Below are positions 63,101 through 64,000 of a stretch of 64,000 bases of DNA, in pieces. The stretch covers positions 2,480,001 through 2,544,000 of the forward strand of contig NC_043019.1 of the NCBI RefSeq assembly GCF_006345805.1. The letters run 5' to 3'. The stretch's first letter is position 1, and the number at the start of each line of letters is the position of its first letter. A program made the translations under genes and the position numbers. The notes under the pieces are model-generated. The model worked only from the letters and a program-made list of their open reading frames with translations. It did no database searches and had not been told where the DNA came from. The DNA comes from Octopus sinensis (Eukaryota).

Positions 63101-63622
63101 GGGCCAATGGATAATTTCCAGAGGTCGCTCGCCTGGCAGTGCTACCGAGGGGCTCTGCCTGTTCGGGATAAACTCTACCGGCACGGAAGTGCCGTCAGCC
63201 GGGCCTGCCCGAGGTGTTGCCAGGACGACGAAACCGTTCTGCACGCACTCGTCTAGTGCCCAAGTATTGCTGAACTATGGGTTTATGTCGAACAGCTACT
63301 GTCACGTGTAGGACGGATCCGGCTATCAGCCGAATCCATAGTGAAGATTTCCCCGCCGACCTCCTTTAACAAGGAGGGCAAGGCCGTTTTCTTGTGCCTA
63401 GTGGCTGTGGCGAAAGAGGTTGTATGGTGGACCCGTTTGAAAGGGCTAAAGTCAGACACTTTTCTCTTTGGTCAAGGCCTCATCAACTTTTTCAAGTTTC
63501 ACTTGAAAAGGAAGATGAGGTTAGAGAGGAGAGTGCTGTCCGATAGCAAGTTTTCTGAAAGGTGGGTGAATTGTGCGAGAATGGCCAGTATAAATGGACC
63601 AGTTCTCAGGTTTCGCCTGTGA
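60191..63622 (+). CDS. LINE ORF2: APE endonuclease, reverse transcriptase, CCHC zinc knuckle (1143 codons, one in-frame TAG at 63254-63256)
   Basis: EN motifs LNVRGL, ISETR, VGDWN, SYLD, TDHK; RT motifs FRPITLLN, LDQSKAFDRVDH, RQGCPLS, AYADD, LLGV; CPRC..ETVLHALV*C. ORF 63341-63622 is in the same frame with no other stop in between. Confidence 0.95.
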
Positions 63623-63893
63623 TTCAAAAAGGTATTATAAAAGGAGAAAGGGGCTCTCTACCCCCCTTTTGACCAGGCTCCCGTTGGCTTTTATGGGTTT
63701 TTTTTCCACCAGGAACCTTTCGAAGCGCCTCCCCCTATTGGGAGTTTTCCCTTGTTACAATCTTTCGTTGTTAAACTGTTTTTACACGATTTTTTCACAA
63801 ACGGACAAAACCCTTTGTAACCTTTCGTCCTGTTTTGTCCCTTTATGTTTTCTAATCATGTGTGTCAGCCCTTGTGGCCAATAAAAAGAATAA

Positions 63894-63930
63894 ATTATTA
63901 TTATTATTATTATTATCATTATTATTATTA
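63894..63930 (+). repeat. (ATT)n tail followed by the head of another family A SINE
   Basis: ATTATTATT.. then CTGACAGAATCGGTAG..GCTGAGCGGCATT at the window edge. Confidence 0.7.
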
Positions 63931-64000
63931 GTCAGACTGACAGAATCGGTAGAACGTCTGACAAAACGCTGAGCGGCATTATTACCATGTATGGTGGTGA

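Larger units (their letters stand above)
59520..63893 (+). mobile_element. L1/Tx1-clade LINE, 5'-truncated within ORF1
   Basis: ORF1 remnant, 42-bp pyrimidine-rich spacer, EN-RT-CCHC ORF2, ~270-bp 3' UTR with AATAAA, followed by (ATT)n; visibly more GC/CpG-rich than its flanks. Confidence 0.95.

Overview
Eukaryotic, AT-rich, repeat-dominated DNA with no host protein-coding gene I can support. The SINE families and the density of AT/GATA/TACA microsatellites resemble an octopus (coleoid cephalopod) genome; this is pattern recognition, not a database result. Most ORFs in the track are microsatellite artefacts. The main coding feature is a young, 5'-truncated L1/Tx1-clade LINE (59520-63893) whose ORF2 (APE endonuclease, RT, CCHC) carries a single in-frame stop. 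Decayed fragments of Penelope-like, RTE, CR1, L2/Crack-like and HERO-like retroelements, mariner, maT-like and Tigger/pogo transposons, hairpin MITEs and many tRNA-derived SINEs fill the rest. Most notable: (1) the LINE 3' end is shared with one tail of the dominant SINE and with short inserts carrying 18-19 bp target-site duplications, and two such inserts sit at the same spot in the SINE head, suggesting a LINE/SINE partner system with target preference; (2) a hammerhead ribozyme motif with a long stem II inside a perfect 61-bp inverted repeat; (3) a Merlin-like MITE family with GG...CC ends and 8-bp TSDs; (4) an 8 x 115-bp minisatellite born from a transposase coding segment; (5) a tRNA(CAT)-like gene with a Pol III terminator in a tandem duplication. 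Coordinates were counted by eye; boundaries of degenerate repeats are approximate (tens of bp).
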